DNA of 64,000 nucleotides, taken from NCBI GenBank assembly GCA_963847705.1, contig CAWKBC010000021.1:292527-356526 (forward strand), read 5' to 3'. This DNA comes from an uncultured Pseudomonadota bacterium. GTDB lineage: Bacteria > Myxococcota_A > Polyangia > Fen-1088. The notes under the pieces were generated by a model. The model ran no database searches. It had not been told where the DNA came from and saw only the letters and a program-made list of their open reading frames with translations. The position numbers and the translations under genes were made by a program. The stretch's first letter is position 1. Every line of letters begins with the position of its first letter. Of the stretch, positions 37,638 to 47,829 are shown one piece after another.

Positions 37638-38441
37638 ATGTCGAACCTGGCGCTGCGGGCGCTATCGGCGCTGGTGCTGCTGCCGGTCGTCGGCGCGCTG
37701 ATCCTCTGGCAACAGCCGCTCGGATTCGGGGCCCTGGTGCTGCTGGTCTCCGGGCTGGCGCTGCACGAGTGCGCGGCGATCATGCTGGCCGGCGCGCCGC
37801 CGAAGTTCCGGGGGGCCGTGGTGGCGCTCGGCGTCGCCTTCACCGCGGCACTCTACCTGGCGCCTGGCTACGGGCTGGTCGCCACGCTGGGGGCGCTCAT
37901 CGCAACCGCGGCGCTGACGCTCCTCGAGCCCGGCGAAATCCCGGCCGCCGGCGCCCGGCTGGGCGCCGCGACGTTCAGCGTGCTCTACGTCGGCGGTCTG
38001 GCAGCCCCGCTGGCGCTGCTACAACGCGACGCCGCCCACGGGCGCGCCTGGGTGCTCTTGGCGATCGGCGTCACGTTCGGGAACGACACCGGCGCCTACT
38101 TCGGTGGCCGGGGCTTCGGCCGTCACAAGCTCTACCCCAAGGTTTCGCCCGCCAAGACGGTCGAAGGGGCCGTCGGTGGCCTGGTGGCGTCGCTGCTGAT
38201 CATGTTCGTCGTGCGGGCGACGGTCGCCCCTTGGTTGACGGTCGGCGACTGCCTGGCCGTCGGTCTGCCGGCCGCCGTCCTCGGTCCGATCGGCGATCTG
38301 GTGGAATCGCTCATGAAGCGGGCGGCGGGGGTAAAGGACTCCGGCCACCTCATTCCGGGGCACGGCGGCATGCTCGACCGGATCGACGCCCTCCTCTTCG
38401 TGGGCGCCTGGATCTACGTCTACGCCGTCCACCTGAAGTAA
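37638..38441 (+). CDS. cdsA: Phosphatidate cytidylyltransferase
   Basis: SPAKTVEG, GDLVESLMKR...KDSG and PGHGGMLDRID. Confidence 0.95.
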   Translation: MSNLALRALSALVLLPVVGALILWQQPLGFGALVLLVSGLALHECAAIMLAGAPPKFRGAVVALGVAFTAALYLAPGYGLVATLGALIATAALTLLEPGEIPAAGARLGAATFSVLYVGGLAAPLALLQRDAAHGRAWVLLAIGVTFGNDTGAYFGGRGFGRHKLYPKVSPAKTVEGAVGGLVASLLIMFVVRATVAPWLTVGDCLAVGLPAAVLGPIGDLVESLMKRAAGVKDSGHLIPGHGGMLDRIDALLFVGAWIYVYAVHLK

Positions 38442-38470
38442 CGCATGGGGGAATCGCGTGGGGGAGAACG

Positions 38471-38661
38471 AGCTCTGCTCGTTCGAGCCCGTCGCGGGAG
38501 GTTGCAGGAACCCTCCCAGGGTTCCTGTCCTAACGACAGCTCTGCTCGCTCGAGCTCGTGGCGGGAGGTCTCAGGAACCCTCCCAGGGTTCCTGCCCTAA
38601 CGACAGCTCTGCTCGCTCGAGCTCGTGGCGGGAGGTCTCAGGAACCCTCCCAGGGTTCCTG
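38471..38661. repeat. Three tandem 67-bp REP-like palindromic units
   Basis: Units start at 38471, 38538 and 38605, each containing the hairpin CAGGAACCCTCCCAGGGTTCCTG. Confidence 0.9.
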
Positions 38662-38713
38662 AAATAACTGACCCCCGCGCGGGGTTGATTCCGGCGGGGG
38701 TCGTAGGCGGAAC

Positions 38714-38921
38714 GGGGACCAAGCTAGGGTAGGGCTACCAGAAGGCTACTAAGCGAAAGCGAGGCTAGCGGCCATATAAGGAGCGGCGCCGGGCTGAGCT
38801 ACCGATAAACCCCGGAACCGTCAGGCTAGGTCACACCGGCCAAGAGGCTTTCGAGACCGGTGTGAAGGGAGGAGGGAGCGCCGACCGAGCCCGAAGATCT
38901 CGGCCGCTGCTTCCGGTCCCC
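38714..38921 (+). ncRNA. Candidate structured RNA / rne-rng leader
   Basis: Complementary ends GGGGACC/GGTCCCC with several nested stems; no family recognised. Confidence 0.4.
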
Positions 38922-39100
38922 CACATGAGCAAGGGGTGTGCCTGTCCACGCAAATGTGGCTAGTTCGTTGATTTGGTTTCAGTTGCGTGTTAGAGCCTCA
39001 AGCCGCCCCTCGAAGTTTTCGCGATGAACCCTGACATTTGCGTCAGCCTGTGCCCCCCAAGCACACGCGCTTCGTCCCCTAGCCTGAAGCCTCCCCGCGT

Positions 39101-40907
39101 ATGGCCTCCGACACGCTGATCGTTATCAACGCGGATGGACCCGAGACTCGGGTCGCGCTCGTGGAGGGCGGGTATCTCGGCGAGCTGTACATCGAGCGGA
39201 AGCGCGAGCGTGGGATCGCGGGCAACATCTACAAGGGTCGGGTCGAGCGCGTGCTCCCCGGGATGCAGGCCGCCTTCGTCAACATCGGCCTCGAGAAGAG
39301 CGCCTACCTCCACGTCTCGGACGTCCGGGGCACCCCCGACGACCTCAAGCGTCTGTTCGCCGGGGGACGCCTCGTCCTCCTCGCACGGCGAGGAGGACGA
39401 AGACGCGGCGGACGCGGCGCGGGTCGGCAGCGGCGCGCGCATCGAAGACCTGCTGAAGGAAGGGCAGGAGATCGTCGTCCAGGTCACCAAGGAGCCGATC
39501 AGCACCAAGGGGGCCCGCACCACCCGCTACGTCTCGTTGCCGGGGCGCCATCTGGTGTTCATGCCGACGGTCGACCACGTGGGGATCTCGCGGCGCATCA
39601 GCTCGGACAAGGAACGGCGCCGGCTGCGCGAGATCGTCGACTCGATGCGCCCGCCCGGGTCGGGCTTCATCGTGCGGACCGTGGCCGACGGGATCTCCGA
39701 GCGCGAGCTCAAGTCGGACATGGAGTTCCTCATCAAGCTGTGGAACGAAGTGGTCCGCCGCGCCGAGGGGAGCCGCTGTCCGGCGCTCATCTACAACGAC
39801 CTCGATCTCCTGCTGCGGACGGTGCGTGACCTCTTCACCGCCGACGTGGAGAAGCTGATCATCGACTCGCGCGCCGAGTACGATCGGGTCAAGAAGTTCA
39901 TCGCCGCGCTGATGCCCGACTTCACCGGGCTCATCGAGCTCTACGAGGGGAACGACCCGATCTTCGACGGCTTCGGCATCGAGATCGAGATCGACCGGGC
40001 GCTCGAGCGCAAGGTCTGGCTCAAGTCGGGCGGGTACCTCATCGTCGACGAGATGGAGGCGCTGACCGCCATCGACGTCAACACCGGGCGCTTCGTCGGC
40101 AAGTCGAGCCTGGAAGACACCATCACCAAGACCAACATGGAGGCCGCCCGCGAGGTGGCCGAGCAGCTCCGCATCCGCTCGATCGGCGGCATGATCGTCG
40201 TCGACTTCATCGACATGGATTGGCCGCACAACCGGGAGAAGGTCACCCGGTCGTTCAACGAGTACCTGCGCAAGGACCGCTCGAAGGCGGCGGTGACGCG
40301 CATCTCGGAGCTCGGGCTCATCGAGATGACGCGCAAGCGGACCCGCGAGTCGCTGCTGCACACGCTGACCGAACCCTGCACCTCCTGCGAGGGGAAGGGC
40401 TACACCAAGTCGCGCAAGACGGTGACCTACGAGCTCTTCCGCGAGCTGCGGCGCCAGGGCGATCTGGTCGAAGGGGACACCGTCCTGGTCGAGGTACACC
40501 CCGACGTGGCGCAGGTCCTGGGTGCGGCCGATCGGCCCTTCCTCGAAGAGATGGAGAAGCGGCTCCAGAAGCGGATCGTGGTCAAGGCGCGTGGCTCGTT
40601 CCACGTCGAGGACTTCGAGATCCGCTCCCCCAACGACAAGGCGCCCATCGAGAAGTCGGAGATCGCGGGCGCGGCGCGGGAAGACAGCAAGGACGGGCCG
40701 CGCGAGGGGAAGCGCCGGCGCAAGCGGCGGCGGCACCTCGGTCCGCCCGCCGAGGTCGAGGCGGCGCTGGCCGAGGACGAGGAGAACGCCATCGATCCGG
40801 AGTCGATGGCCGCGCTGGGCGACGATGACGCGCAAGACGGATCGCAAGAGCGAGAGTCCACTCCGCCGCCCTCCGCCCCCGACCGATCGGGGGAGCCGCA
40901 ACATTGA
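39101..40907 (+). CDS. Rne/Rng family ribonuclease (frameshift near 39365)
   Basis: GNIYKGRVERVLPGMQAAFV in the first frame; QVTKEPISTKGAR, IDVNTG and GGMIVVDFIDM in the second. Confidence 0.92.
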
Positions 40908-40990
40908 GGCGAGCGGAGCGCGGCTTTGCCGCGCGCAGCGAGGGGGACCGGGGGGTGCGAGCGGCAGCGAGCCACCCCCCGTGAGATAGA

Positions 40991-41479
40991 ATGGTCCGGA
41001 TCTGCTTCGTCTGCCTGGGGAACATCTGCCGGTCACCGACGGCAGAGGCGGTGATGCGCCACCTGGTGAAGCAGGCCGGCCTTGGCGACCGGATCGCCAT
41101 CGACAGCGCCGGGACAGGCGACTGGCACGTGGGGCACGCCCGCGATCGCCGCAGCCGGGCGGTCGGGGAGGCGCGCGGGATTCCGCTCTCGGGCGAGGCG
41201 CGCCAGTTCGTGCCGGAGGACTTCGACGACTTCGACCACGTGCTGGCGATGGACCGCGCCAACCGGGATGAGCTCTTGAAGCTGGCCCGCAACGGGCGCG
41301 ATCGGGCCAAGGTGGCGCTGCTGCGCTCATTCGATCCGGGCGCGCCGCCCGAGGCCGAGGTCCCCGACCCCTACTACGGCGGCCCGGGCGGGTTCGACGA
41401 GGTGTTCGACATCTGCGAGCGGGCCTGCCGCGGGCTGCTCGACCAGCTGAGGCGCGAGTCCGGCGCGCCGCGGAAGTAG
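40991..41479 (+). CDS. Low molecular weight protein-tyrosine phosphatase
   Basis: VCLGNICRS and DPYY. Confidence 0.95.
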   Translation: MVRICFVCLGNICRSPTAEAVMRHLVKQAGLGDRIAIDSAGTGDWHVGHARDRRSRAVGEARGIPLSGEARQFVPEDFDDFDHVLAMDRANRDELLKLARNGRDRAKVALLRSFDPGAPPEAEVPDPYYGGPGGFDEVFDICERACRGLLDQLRRESGAPRK

Positions 41480-41496
41480 CAGGGGAGGGGCCGGTC

Positions 41497-42363
41497 ATGG
41501 ACGCGCAGCTGAAAGCGGCGTTGGGCTCGGCGCTGGGGAGCGAGATCGGGTCGGCGCGCGGCATCGCCGGGGGCGACATCAACCGCGCCTACGAGGTCGC
41601 GCTGGCTGACGGCCGCCGCCTCTTCGTCAAGACGAATGACCGCTCGCCAAAGGGGATGTTCGCCGCCGAGGCGCGGGGCCTGGGCTGGCTCGCTGAGGCG
41701 GGCGCGCTGCGGGTCCCCAAGGTGGTGGCGGTGGCGGCACCGGAAGCGCAGCAGCAGTTCCTGGTCCTGGAGCTGGTGGCGACCGGGACGCCGGCGCGAG
41801 ACTTCGACGAGAGGTTGGGGCGAGGGCTGGCCGCGCTGCACGGCCACGGCGCGCCTGGCTTCGGCCTCGATCACGACAACTTCATCGGCTGGCTGCCGCA
41901 GGCAAATGGGGCGTCGCGGACCTGGGCGGAGTTCTATCGCGCGCGCCGGCTTGAGGCGCAGCTGCGCCGGGCCGCCGACGAAGGGCGCGCGTCGTCACGG
42001 ATGCGGCAGGGCTTCGATCGGCTGTTCCGGGTGCTCGACGAGCTCTGCGGCCCCGCCGAGCCGCCCGCGCGCCTGCACGGCGATCTGTGGGGGGGCAACC
42101 TGCTTTGCGACGCTCGCGGGGGGCCCTGCCTCATCGATCCGGCCGTCTACGGCGGTCACCGGGAGATCGATCTGGCGATGATGCGTCTCTTCGGTGGGTT
42201 CGGCGCGCGGGTCTTCGACGCCTACCAGGAGGCCTGGCCGCTCGCGGACGGGCACCGCGAGCGGGTGTCGCTCTACCAGCTCTACCCGCTCATGGTTCAT
42301 GTCAATCTGTTCGGCGGCAGCTACGTCGGCTCGGTCGAGGCGGCCCTCGACCGAATGATCTAG
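41497..42363 (+). CDS. Fructosamine kinase family protein
   Basis: GGDIN, LHGDLWGGN and IDPAVYGGHREIDLAM. Confidence 0.92.
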   Translation: MDAQLKAALGSALGSEIGSARGIAGGDINRAYEVALADGRRLFVKTNDRSPKGMFAAEARGLGWLAEAGALRVPKVVAVAAPEAQQQFLVLELVATGTPARDFDERLGRGLAALHGHGAPGFGLDHDNFIGWLPQANGASRTWAEFYRARRLEAQLRRAADEGRASSRMRQGFDRLFRVLDELCGPAEPPARLHGDLWGGNLLCDARGGPCLIDPAVYGGHREIDLAMMRLFGGFGARVFDAYQEAWPLADGHRERVSLYQLYPLMVHVNLFGGSYVGSVEAALDRMI

Positions 42364-42365
42364 CC

Positions 42366-42422
42366 GGGACCCTGGCAGGGTCCCGGGCCCCCCCGCGACG
42401 GGATCCGTCGAGCTGAGCTCGC
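42366..42422. repeat. Single REP-like unit
   Basis: GGGACCCTGGCAGGGTCCCGGGCCCCCCCGCGACG...GAGCTC, same family as 62522-62744. Confidence 0.75.
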
Positions 42423-42480
42423 CGGCTCCCACGCGGTCGAAGCAGCCCTCGAGAGGCTGTGTTAGGTTCGCGGCGCTGTG

Positions 42481-43464
42481 ATGGAATATCGGACATTGGG
42501 TCGGACGGACTGGCAGGTCTCGACGGTGAGCTTTGGTGCCTGGGCCATCGGCGGCACCTGGGGCGCGGTCAAGGAGGACGAGTCGATGGCCGCGCTGCAC
42601 CGCGCGCTCGACCGCGGCGTGAACTTCTTCGACACGGCGGACGTCTACGGCGACGGGCTCTCCGAGCGGCTGCTGGCCCGGCTGCGCCGCGAGCGCAAGG
42701 ACCCCTTCTACGTCGCCACCAAGGCCGGCCGCCGGCTCCCCAAGCAGACGGTCGAGGGCTACAGCCGGGAGAACCTGACCGCCTTCGTCGAGCGGAGCCT
42801 CGAGAACCTGGAGGTCGAGGCCATCGATCTGCTGCAGCTCCACTGCCCGCCGACCGATCTCTATTACCACCCCGAGGCCTTCGGGATCCTCGACGACCTG
42901 GTGCAGGCCGGCAAGCTGCGCTTTTACGGCGTCAGCGTCTAGCGGGTCGAAGAGGCGCTCAAGGCGATCGAGTATCCGGGGGTGCAGTCGGTGCAGATCA
43001 TCTACAACGCCTTCCGCCAGCGGCCGGCGGAGCTGTTCTTCGCCCAAGCCCGCCGGCGCAAGGTGGGGGTCCTGGCGCGCCTGCCGCTGTCGTCGGGGAT
43101 GCTGGCCGGGAAAATGACCCGCGCGAGCAAGTTCGCGGCCGAGGATCACCGCAACTTCAACCGCGACGGCGCGGCCTTCGATCGCGGCGAGACCTTCTCG
43201 GGCGTTCCGTTCGAGGTGGGCCTGGAGGCGGTCGAAGAGCTGCGCGCGCTCGTTCCCGCGGGGGCGACGTTGGCCACCTTTGCGCTGCGCTGGATCCTGA
43301 TGAGCGAGGCCGTGACCTGCGTGATTCCGGGCGGCAAGCGCCCGTCGCAGGTCGACGAGAACTGCTCGGCGGCAGCGCTGTCGCCGCTGTCCGACGACAC
43401 GATGGCCCGCGTTCAGGAGGTCTACGACCGCCGCATCCGCCCCTACGTCCACCCCTACTGGTAG
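42481..43464 (+). CDS. Aldo/keto reductase with an in-frame TAG at 42940-42942
   Basis: FFDTADVYG, IDLLQLH and GVSV*RVEEAL; the reading frame continues past the stop. Confidence 0.85.
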
Positions 43465-43541
43465 CCCGAGCTCCAGCCGATCCCGGCCCGGTCCCCTCTC
43501 CCCGCAGAGCGGGGAGAGGGGACCGGACGGACCGGAGCGGA

Positions 43542-44368
43542 CTACCCGCGGCGTGCTGCTGCGAAAAGTGGGGGCAGAGGCGGCTTCTCGCCGAGGGCCA
43601 GCTCGACGGCGCGCGCGGCCTGGTGGACGAGCATGCCGAGGCCGTCGGCGTAACGTCGGTGCGGGCGAGGATCGCCTCGGCGAGCGGGGTGACGGCGCCG
43701 TAGGCCATCTCGAGGACGCGCGGACGAGGGGCGGAGCGCGTCAGGCCGGCGCGTGCGTCGTCCGGGGCCCAGGCTGCGGCGGGGACGGCGGAGACCAGGA
43801 CGTCGGCCGTGGCGAGCGCGATTCGCAGAGCGTCGGCCGTCCAGACAGCGGCGTCGAACTGCAGCCGTTTGGGGGCCGTCAGCCGGTTGCAGAGCGCGAC
43901 CGCGGCCTCAGCTCGGCGGGCAAGGATGAGGACGGTCGCGTCGGCGCGCACGAGGGCCTCGGCGGCGCCCGCGGCCGCGCCGCCCGCGCCGATCATGACG
44001 ATCGTCTTCCCGGCGACGGCGACGCCGAGATCGGTGAGCGCGGCGATCAGGCCGGCGCCGTCCGTGTTCTCGGCCTGGATCGGCGCCACGGGCGTCGGGA
44101 GCAGGAGAGTGTTGGCGGCGCCGGAGGCACGGACTTCCGGTCCCTGAGCGTCGGCGAGCTGGGCCGCGGCCTCCTTGTGAGGAATCGTCACGTTGAGGTA
44201 GCGGTGGCCAGCGGCGCGGAGCTGCTGGACGAGCGCCGGGAAGCCGGCGGCGTCGACGCTGTGGGCGCTGTAGGCCCCATCGACGCCCAGCGCCTCGTAA
44301 GCGGCGTTGTGGATGGCGGGCGAGCGGCTCTTGCTGACGTTCGCCCCCAGCACGGCGGCGCGGATCAT
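43542..44368 (-). CDS. aroE: Shikimate dehydrogenase (frameshifted near the 3' end)
   Basis: SRSPAIHN, NVTIPHK, NTDG and GAGGAA; GLGMLVHQA in the shifted frame. Confidence 0.88.
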
Positions 44369-45870
44369 CGTGGGGCCTTCTTCTCTGGGCTCTCTGTCGG
44401 CGCGTCGACGGTGGCGTCGAAGCCGCCGTCGCGCAGGCGGACGTGGACCCGCTCGCCGGGGGCCACGTCGGCGGCGGTGGTGATGAGGCGGCCGTCGGCG
44501 CGCTGGGTCAGGCTGAAGCCCCGTTCGAGAACCCGCACCGGCGAGAGCGCCTGCAGCTTTCCGCCTGCGCCCTCGATGGCGTGCGGCGGCGCGCGACGAG
44601 GGCGGGGCGGATCGTGGCCTCCAGCCGGTGGCGCACGGCCGCCAGCGCGGCGCGCTGTTCGAGGATGCGGCGCTGCGGATGCGCGCGGTGAAGGCGATTG
44701 TCGACGGCGCTGAGCTCGGCCCGGGCGGCGGTCAGACGCCGGGCCAGGACGCGCCGTCCCGCGCTCGATCGACTCGTCGAGCCGTTGCCGCCGCTCGTCG
44801 AGCAGCCGGCGCGGATCGCCGAGGCGCCCGCGCAGCCGCTCGACCCCGTGGCGGGCGGCGCGCACCGATTCGGCCAGCGCCCGGCCGCCGCGCCGCTGGA
44901 GGAGTGCCAGCTCGGCGCGCAGATCCTCCTCGACCGGGATCGCCAGCTCGGCGGCGGCGGAGGGCGTGGGCGCCCGCAGGTCGGCCACGAAGTCGGCGAT
45001 GGTGAAGTCGGTCTCGTGGCCGACGGCCGAGATCACCGGAACGCGGCAGGCGACGATGGCGCGCGCCACCGGCTCCTCGTTGAAGGCCCAGAGATCCTCC
45101 AGCGAGCCACCCCCGCGCGCGACGATGATGAGGTCGACGTCGTCGACCGCCGCCAGCCGCCGCAGCGCCGCGGCGATCGCCAGCGCGGCCCCCTCACCCT
45201 GAACGGGGCAGGGGGAGACCAGGATCGGCACCGGAAACCGCCGATGGGCGATCCGGATGATGTCGCGCACCACGGCGCCCTGCGGTGACGTCACGACGCC
45301 CAGGCGCCGCGGCAGAAACGGCAGCGGCCGCTTGCGCGCCTGGTCGAAAAGACCCTCCGCCTCCAGACGCTGCTTGAGCTGCTCGAACGCCAGCGCCAGC
45401 ACGCCGGCCCCCGTCGGCTCGATGTCGGTCACCGACATCTGAAACCGGCCGCGCGCCTCGTAGAGCGTCAGGCGCCCCCGGCAGCGGACCGCCATCCCCT
45501 CTTCCAGGCTGAACTTCAGCCGCGCCGCCTCGCGCGAGAAGAGCACGCAGTCGAGCTGCGCCTCGTCGTCCTTGAGGCAGAAGTAGAGGTGCCCCGGCCC
45601 CGAGCGCTTCAGCCCGGAGACCTCACCTTCGACGCGCACCTCGGCGAACCGGCTCTCCAGCGTCAGGCGTGCCGCGCGCAGGATCTCGGTGACCGAGTAG
45701 ATGCGCGGCGCCGCGACGGCGGGTGGTGTGGGCGGCGGCGCGATCGTCGCTGGCCCCGTGATCGACGGGCCCGCGGCGCCCGACGACGGGGGCTGCGGGG
45801 CTGCCACCGGCCTACCCAGCAGCGAGAGCTGCTCGGCCTCGGCAGGCTCGGGGGTCGGCTTGCGGATCAT
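44365..45870 (-). CDS. xseA: Exodeoxyribonuclease VII large subunit (frameshifted)
   Basis: VEGEVS, GHLYFCLKD, RGGGSLEDLWAFNEE, SAVGHETD and PTPSAAAE. Confidence 0.92.
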   Translation of the reverse strand: MIRKPTPEPAEAEQLSLLGRPVAAPQPPSSGAAGPSITGPATIAPPPTPPAVAAPRIYSVTEILRAARLTLESRFAEVRVEGEVSGLKRSGPGHLYFCLKDDEAQLDCVLFSREAARLKFSLEEGMAVRCRGRLTLYEARGRFQMSVTDIEPTGAGVLALAFEQLKQRLEAEGLFDQARKRPLPFLPRRLGVVTSPQGAVVRDIIRIAHRRFPVPILVSPCPVQGEGAALAIAAALRRLAAVDDVDLIIVARGGGSLEDLWAFNEEPVARAIVACRVPVISAVGHETDFTIADFVADLRAPTPSAAAELAIPVEEDLRAELALLQRRGGRALAESVRAARHGVERLRGRLGDPRRLLDERRQRLDESIERGTARPGPASDRRPGRAQRRRQSPSPRASAAPHPRTARRAGGRAPPAGGHDPPRPRRAPPHAIEGAGGKLQALSPVRVLERGFSLTQRADGRLITTAADVAPGERVHVRLRDGGFDATVDAPTESPEKKAPR

Positions 45871-46466
45871 TTCGCCGCGCGTGCGGCGGCCCGCTCGTAG
45901 TCGGCGGCGCTCGCGCGCACGACCTCGAGATCGTGGTAGGCGCGGCTCTTGTCGTCCTCGGCCCCCTTGGCCAGGCCGGAGAATCCCCAGCCGCCGTTGT
46001 CGCCGCGCGCGAGCGGCACCCGCCCGCCACCGTCGAGCACCGCCATGGCTTGCCCGTCGGCCGGTCCCGCTTCGATGCGCGGGATCCCCTGCGCCAGCGG
46101 CGTCAGCGTCGGCAGCAGGCCGGGCGCGGTGTCGCTGCGGAAGAGCTCCTTCGCCGACGGCGCGGTGGCCGCGTGCTCGAACCGCCCCTTCTCCCGATCG
46201 CGCAGGGGGCCTTCTGGGTAGTTGCTGAGCACGATGTCGTAGGCCTCGCGGTGGTACTTCTGGATCGTCATCGAATCCCACCGCGTCTGCTGGTCGAGCG
46301 CCTCGAAGAGCGCCGCGCCGTCGCCGGCCTGGACCGCGGTGGCGAACCGCTGGAAGGCCTCCTCGGGCGTCTTCAATCTGTGCTGGCAGCCCGCGCCGGC
46401 CATCGGCAGCGCCACCAACGCCAACGCGACGAGCACGCGCGATCGGACCCGCACCACCCCCCGCAC
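45867..46466 (-). CDS. Hypothetical lipoprotein
   Basis: Signal ending GAGC; stop overlaps the xseA start. Confidence 0.65.
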   Translation of the reverse strand: MRGVVRVRSRVLVALALVALPMAGAGCQHRLKTPEEAFQRFATAVQAGDGAALFEALDQQTRWDSMTIQKYHREAYDIVLSNYPEGPLRDREKGRFEHAATAPSAKELFRSDTAPGLLPTLTPLAQGIPRIEAGPADGQAMAVLDGGGRVPLARGDNGGWGFSGLAKGAEDDKSRAYHDLEVVRASAADYERAAARAAK

Positions 46467-46555
46467 ATAGCGGAAACCCCCGCGCAGAGCAAGTCCGGGC
46501 AAGGGTTCCCGGTAGTCCCCAGAACCTGTGCTAGGCTGCGCGCGACGCCCGAAAC

Positions 46556-47821
46556 ATGACCGATACGGCCGAGACCAACCGAGCCGCCGGCGACGCGGCA
46601 GGCGTCGTGGACGAGTTCGCGCACATCCCACATTCGCGTGGCCGCCATCCGGTGGTCGCCGTGGCGGGCGCGCTGCTGGCGTTCTTCCTCGTCTTTCACA
46701 TCCGCCACGACCTGCGCTATGCGCTCTCGTCGGGGGAGCCGCTCGACCTCGGCCGCGCCAGCGCCGTCTTCGGCCACAGCCAGGCGGTGAACGGCCTGGA
46801 GAACCGCTACGTGCGCGTGGCTGGGCTCCCCGATCGGGAGAGCGCGCTGCAGATCGACACCAAGGGGTCCTGGGTCTTCAGCCAGCTCTTCCGGCTGCTG
46901 GGGACCGGCGACCGGCTGTTTCTGCACCGCCGGGAGAATCCGCTGCCGGCGGCGCTGGCCGAGGCGGATGTTTTCGAGGGGCGGCTCATGCGCGTCGACG
47001 ACCTGTCGTTCGCCACCTCGATCCGCAGCTATTTCTCCACCCACGTCGCCGCCACGCACTACTTCGCGACCGATGCCCTGGCGCGCGCGCTCGCGGGCCG
47101 TCACCCCGGGGCGCCGCTGTCGCTCGTCGATACGAGCGGCGACACGGTGGCGCTGGACGAGCGCGAGACGATCGCCGTCGACGTGGCCGAGCCCGATCAG
47201 GTGCGGATCGGGCTGCCGCGCGACAAGTTCGTCACCGAGGACGCCGCGCGCGCCGCGCTCACCTCGCAGGGCGGCGAGGTCGTGCGGTCGCTCGGCGCGA
47301 TCAAGGCGAAGGCGTCGGTGGCCGCCCCCGAGGCGGGCCCGCTGTCGTCGACGCCCGAGCCGCCCCAGCGCTGGACGTTCGTGGTGAGGTTCCCGCCGGC
47401 TTCTGTGCAGGCGGCGCTCGACGCCATCGGGAATCTCGCGCAGGACGTGGAGATCCGCGACGCGCGCCAGACGGTCGAGGTCAAGCTCGAGGATGTCGCG
47501 CCCTCCGGCGCCGGCGGCGGCCTGGTCATCCGGCCCGGCCAGGGGACGCCGCGAACGCTGGCGCCGGCGGAGATCGCCGCCATCCACACCATGGCGCCCG
47601 TGGTGATTCCGGACGACGCCTACCTGCTGGTCGAGGGGGACCGCCCGCGCGAGCACGCGCCGACCGTCCTCATCGCGGTCATCCTCGTCATGTTCGGGGC
47701 CGTCAACCTGGTCGGCCTCTTCCGCGAGCTGACGACACACTCGGGGACCCTGGGAGGGTCGCCGCCCCCCCCGGCGACGGACTTCGCCCGGCGAAGCCGA
47801 GCTCCGTCCACGCGCCCGTAG
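46556..47821 (+). CDS. Hypothetical membrane protein
   Basis: N- and C-terminal TM segments around a large soluble domain; codon usage looks coding-like. Confidence 0.7.
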   Translation: MTDTAETNRAAGDAAGVVDEFAHIPHSRGRHPVVAVAGALLAFFLVFHIRHDLRYALSSGEPLDLGRASAVFGHSQAVNGLENRYVRVAGLPDRESALQIDTKGSWVFSQLFRLLGTGDRLFLHRRENPLPAALAEADVFEGRLMRVDDLSFATSIRSYFSTHVAATHYFATDALARALAGRHPGAPLSLVDTSGDTVALDERETIAVDVAEPDQVRIGLPRDKFVTEDAARAALTSQGGEVVRSLGAIKAKASVAAPEAGPLSSTPEPPQRWTFVVRFPPASVQAALDAIGNLAQDVEIRDARQTVEVKLEDVAPSGAGGGLVIRPGQGTPRTLAPAEIAAIHTMAPVVIPDDAYLLVEGDRPREHAPTVLIAVILVMFGAVNLVGLFRELTTHSGTLGGSPPPPATDFARRSRAPSTRP

Positions 47822-47829
47822 CCTTCCAG

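Noticed and set aside
38471-38661. Possible CRISPR array
   Set aside because: Units are near-identical over their whole length with no unique spacers, there are no cas genes, and the same family is dispersed elsewhere.
38714-38921. SRP RNA or RNase P RNA
   Set aside because: GAACCGTCAGG is SRP-like, but the GGAAGGAAGCAGC helix-8 signature and the RNase P GAGGAAAGTCC motif are missing; kept only as an unassigned candidate.
46528-47829. Long N-terminal extension of CysS (928-aa ORF)
   Set aside because: Alternate frame of the upstream membrane-protein gene; CysS homology starts at 47830.
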